NCBI GenBank assembly: GCA_004022145.1
Contig: RCNU01000001.1
From: Paecilomyces variotii
Lineage: Eukaryota
Reading direction: 5' to 3' (one strand)
Length of the DNA stretch: 64,000 bases
Shown here: positions 60,001 through 64,000 of the stretch, in pieces
Layout: each line of letters begins with the position of its first letter
How positions within the stretch are numbered: position 1 is the stretch's first letter
Translations under genes and position numbers: made by a program
Notes under the pieces: model-generated
Seen by the model: the letters and a program-made list of their open reading frames with translations, nothing else
Database searches by the model: none
What the model was told of the DNA's origin: nothing

Positions 60001-61497
60001 GATGGTGGAGGATGCTCGTGTCGAGGCCGGGGGAGGTAGACGGCCAGATGCTGTGTCCGCGACTTGCAGTCAGCACGTCTGTTCGATCCAAGAACCACTT
60101 TTGCTGGTCTTGAGTAGGGATCACAGTAGTATACCAACCGTCTACACTTCCGCCGGAACCCGAACTGGGTGAGCGTCGCTCAACGAGCCGCGGCTCTGTA
60201 ACTTGCGTTGATCGTTCCCTCTAGCAGAATGACATCGAGAAGGGTTCGCTCAATTCAACAGACTGTCCAACGGCCGAGCCGTGGCGTGGCAATCGAAGAC
60301 GCTTTTTGGAGTAGGGATGAAAGGGAAGGTCGACTCTGCAAATGCTCCGATCAGGACGCGACAATTTCACGAAACCGGATCGTTACTGGACGGAGACGAC
60401 GATTGAGAGCGAATCAGCAGGAAAATACCGACGAGATATCCTTCAAGGAGATCGCGTCGAGGGATGTTCCGCTGCGAAGACCGACAACGACACTTAGTGA
60501 AAAGCTCGTTGATAGGAAGAGTTGGCGCGTAAGAGGTTGGGGGGGGAGTAAGAAGAGATAGCACTGAGGATGAAGAGAGAGGGAGAGAGGGAGAGAGAAA
60601 GATAGTCTAGATAGAGATGGAGAGAGGATGGAAGAGGACGGAAGACGGCGAAGGGGGCCGTTCAAAGTGTTGAGGTGGTGATGATCGCTGGGCGGCGGAG
60701 GTGTGCGGTGTCCTGGCGTCGAACTAGCGCCGTTGCCCGTGTGGGTGTCGCCGGGGCGAGTCAGGAGGGCCAGCAAAGAAAAAAAATACTAAAAAAAAAA
60801 AAGAACCAGCGCAGAACAAGAGAAGAGTAAAAAAAAAAAAAATCCAGTTGCTGGGGCTGAGGCTGGAACATGGCCCGCGGGACGACGGTCCAAGATCGGG
60901 GCCCAGGGAGAAACAGCCTCTGCGACGAAAGACTCTCCACTACTGGTGCTTAGAAGCCAACGCCGCTCGTGGGCGCTCGGCCAGCTAGATGGCTTTTCAG
61001 CAAGGATGGGCGAACATCCAGACGGCTTACTGGGCCACCGCGCACAACTGCTAGTAGTGTCTGGCGCCTGTCGGATGATCGTAACGCTCTTGTCTGAGAT
61101 GATGACGCTGCCCGGACACAGCGGTGAGAAAGGGGAACGAATCTCCGCGACCAGCACTGCTCAAATTCAAAATAATCATCGAGCCGCCAGGGGCAACAGA
61201 CGTAAGTGTTCCCCCCAGGTCAGACGAAGCAGTGAGCATGAGCATGAGGATGAGGATGCGGTGATGCAAAGGCACAGTCACACAGAACACTTACCATAAT
61301 AATAATAATACTTACCATACTCGACCCTCTCTCTCTTCCCTTTCCAGTCATCTCCACGGCCGGATTGGATTACCTCGACTCTGACTAAATCACTCAAAAC
61401 AGGCTGCTAGACAAAAGCTGCATTGGTGGATAGCACTACCGCACGCATCAACTATCCATTCATTTACTATTATGGCTTCTCCTGACCAGTACTGCTA

Positions 61498-61520
61498 CTG
61501 CTGCTGCTGCTGCTGCTGCT
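61498..61520. repeat. (CTG)7 trinucleotide microsatellite
   Basis: Uninterrupted CTG run in intergenic DNA. Confidence 0.9.
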
Positions 61521-64000
61521 CTACGGGAACCAGGCTACCAACGTAGTCTACTGCGTTTAGAACCTTTCCCCCGACACGTTCTCCATCGGCAGAAAAAGGG
61601 TGACTACTGGTCGGCCTTAGAGTCTTAGACAGACAGTCGAAACTTTGACGGCAACCGTTGTGGGATTGGTAAGATGGACCTGGCAGTGAACGATCAGAGC
61701 GTTCCCGACCGGCCGTCCAGCGGCTGTGCGAGTCCAGGCGAGAATCATTATTCTACTTGGCCCTTCTCTGCAAACCGAAGTCTGGCCCTGCCAGTTCCGC
61801 GGTTGCGACGTGCGAGATCGCAAACCCAGAGTTCACCGGGCTCGATTTTGGTCCTCCGCACGGTCACATCATGGATCTCTTCACTGGTCAGGCTGGCCGA
61901 TCGGTGATACTATGAGGCGACACGGAGCATACTCGACAAATCTGCGGTTTGGATCAAATACAATAATAATAATCAGTTGTAGGACCAATTGTGACCTAGG
62001 AACACCTATTTTCGCCCCTCTACAATTTAAAGAACCCAAGGATCACAGGAAAACTGCTGCGGATGGGCACCGCAACGGTGTTTGACCGTAGAAGATCATT
62101 TTGGTCTAACGAGAGATGAAGCACTCAATGATACAGATGAAAGGCGATGCTGTCTTGGATGCCTCCAGCTGCATGGAGCAGCACGAGTCATCTGGAGATT
62201 CCATCAATTCCCCGGCACTTTTCTTCCCCGCCGTCTGCAGTGTGGGCTGAGATTGGGGGCAGGAAGAAAGGTCTCGAAGTCGACAGAGGCATGTTTGCGG
62301 CGCGAGGAGTCTTGGATGCGTCACGGATCGTCCATGCCTATGGTATTTCTATTCCCACCAGCCAACCAGTATGTATAGAATACAGAAAGCGGCAAAACGG
62401 CAGAAAACCCGACGTTATTGGTGTTGTTCGCAAGAACCAGTCTGCACCCCTCCAGATTTAGATATGCCGCTGTGCAAAGAAAAAAAGGAGAAATGCCTCC
62501 ATGATACCTGCAATGTAATGGTGTGTCACCAGCTACATTTCATTGAACCAGGCATCAAGATTGTCTGTAACTACTCCAGTCGTACTGACTACGCAAGCTG
62601 TGAGCCCATGGCCGAAGTGGTCGACGGGGCATGTTGCTGGAACATATCATATTTGCGTATTATACTCATTATGTGAGTTGTGCTGAAATGTGTCTCGAGG
62701 ACTTTCGACATCACCCAAATGGCCGGTAGCGAGTCTTCTCCTGGAGCCTTGGGGAATTCTGGAAAGGACATGGCGGAATCGCAAGGGGTTGGCCAGTCAC
62801 CGATCGCGTTCTTGTCCTGGAACCGAAGTGGCAATAATTATAATAATGAGGTTGGTCTCCCACAGCGACTTGTCCGTAATAATACTAACTCTGCCTCGTG
62901 GCATCAAGTGGGCGCTTGATCAAATTGTGGTGGACCAGAAGAGGCGCGCAGCAAGGTTCACAGCCATGCTGGACAAACCGCACGTCTAGACGCTGTTGCT
63001 GGTGGCAACCTTCGAGTCCATTCCAATGCGCAAGGCATCCTTCAAATCGGATGAGAGTGGATGTGATCCCAGTAGATAACAATACTGTGCTGGCTGTCTC
63101 GGAGCCACAAAGCGATCTTCTGCAAGCCTGACCAACGCCTTGGTAATTATTTCTGTTGCTCATAGGGCTTCAGGGACATGGCGTTTCCACCAGCCATCGA
63201 CCTCAGGTAAGCATCAGACACTTGAATGGAGCATCGTTCTGATAGCCAGTCCTTTTCATCTTCATAAAACGGTGGCTGCGCCTTGCTGATGAACCCGCCT
63301 CCTACTAACCAACCATGAAACTCCGCACGGCGCATCTTATTGATTCTTTAGATAGTGGTCCTCACCTCTCCGCACAGGTGTTTCCCTTATTGGCCTCTGT
63401 CTAAGCTGCTGCTACTCTCGGAAAGTCACACTTTGGTGATGCAGGGTCGGCCTCCCAACCGCGCGTTTTGCTGTGCGATTCTTGGACAAGACAACGCTTG
63501 GGTCAGCAGAGGGATCTTCGCCATGTCAGAGCTTTTGATCCTATCAATCGTGTTTTGCATCTGTGCGCGCCTTAAAAATAACCACGCTCTAGGCCGCAGT
63601 CAATTCTCACACAGCCCTCATTTACACTGGACGGAATAGATGTCTGCCATCGTCAAACTAAAAGTGTGTCAACTGCCGGGTACCGCAATAGTGTACTATC
63701 TGAAGGCCCAAGCGACTGATGTTACTAGAATTCGCAATAAACCGGGTGCCTGGTGCATGTACTCGAGTAGAATATTATTACTACAGCGCTCTGGTGTATA
63801 CGTCTCCATCCATCTCACGAATTGCCGCCTACTGGGCGGCGTCTTTATCCCATCAAGGCAACATACCCGCTTAACTGCGACTGACATCCAAACCAGCCCC
63901 CTCGTTGGATCATCTACCCTTCCTCTTGATCCGCCAGCCCGAGCTATGTGTCACGCAGGAGTACCTGAGGATCTCTTGGGCTACTGTTAGTTAGTACGAT

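Noticed and set aside
61289..61320. Duplicated ACTTACCATA resembling the U1 snRNA 5' end
   Set aside because: No U1 stem-loops or Sm site follow, and the copies flank a simple AAT repeat.
61600..64000. Short ORFs at the right end
   Set aside because: No domains, codon bias or splice-supported model; treated as intergenic.

Overview
This is eukaryotic, intron-containing DNA from a filamentous ascomycete; gene content and splice signals fit Eurotiales (inference). I built about 22 protein-coding models by hand from GT/GC-AG junctions and branch points. In order: a conserved His/Arg/Ser-rich protein, PEX14, NDC80, a small secreted peptide missing from the ORF track, a large probably mitochondrial protein, a Zn2Cys6 factor, an AGC kinase (Psk1/Ypk3-like), a stand-alone dihydroneopterin aldolase, an ArAE/FUSC-type exporter and a 5'-truncated fungal transcription factor (together a likely accessory block with an AT-rich edge), the SR protein Srp2, ETF-ubiquinone oxidoreductase, TBP, a small hypothetical protein, a sarcosine/fructosyl-amine-type oxidase, an OMS1-like methyltransferase, a Gds1-like protein, a cyclin T/K-like protein, an EAF-domain protein, COG8, a DET1-like phosphatase and a Clg1-like cyclin. 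I found no tRNA, rRNA, CRISPR array or intact transposon, and I cannot support a novel multi-gene system. The best leads are: (1) candidate unproductive splicing in srp2 with a UGGAC cluster, (2) an 82-aa secreted peptide with dibasic sites downstream of a GATA cluster, (3) the TBP promoter, with a perfect 15-bp inverted repeat, TGACTCA next to the TATA box and a 1.2-kb ATG-free stretch, (4) two microexons and a GC-AG intron, and (5) the exporter plus truncated regulator block. Family names come from motif recognition, not database searches.
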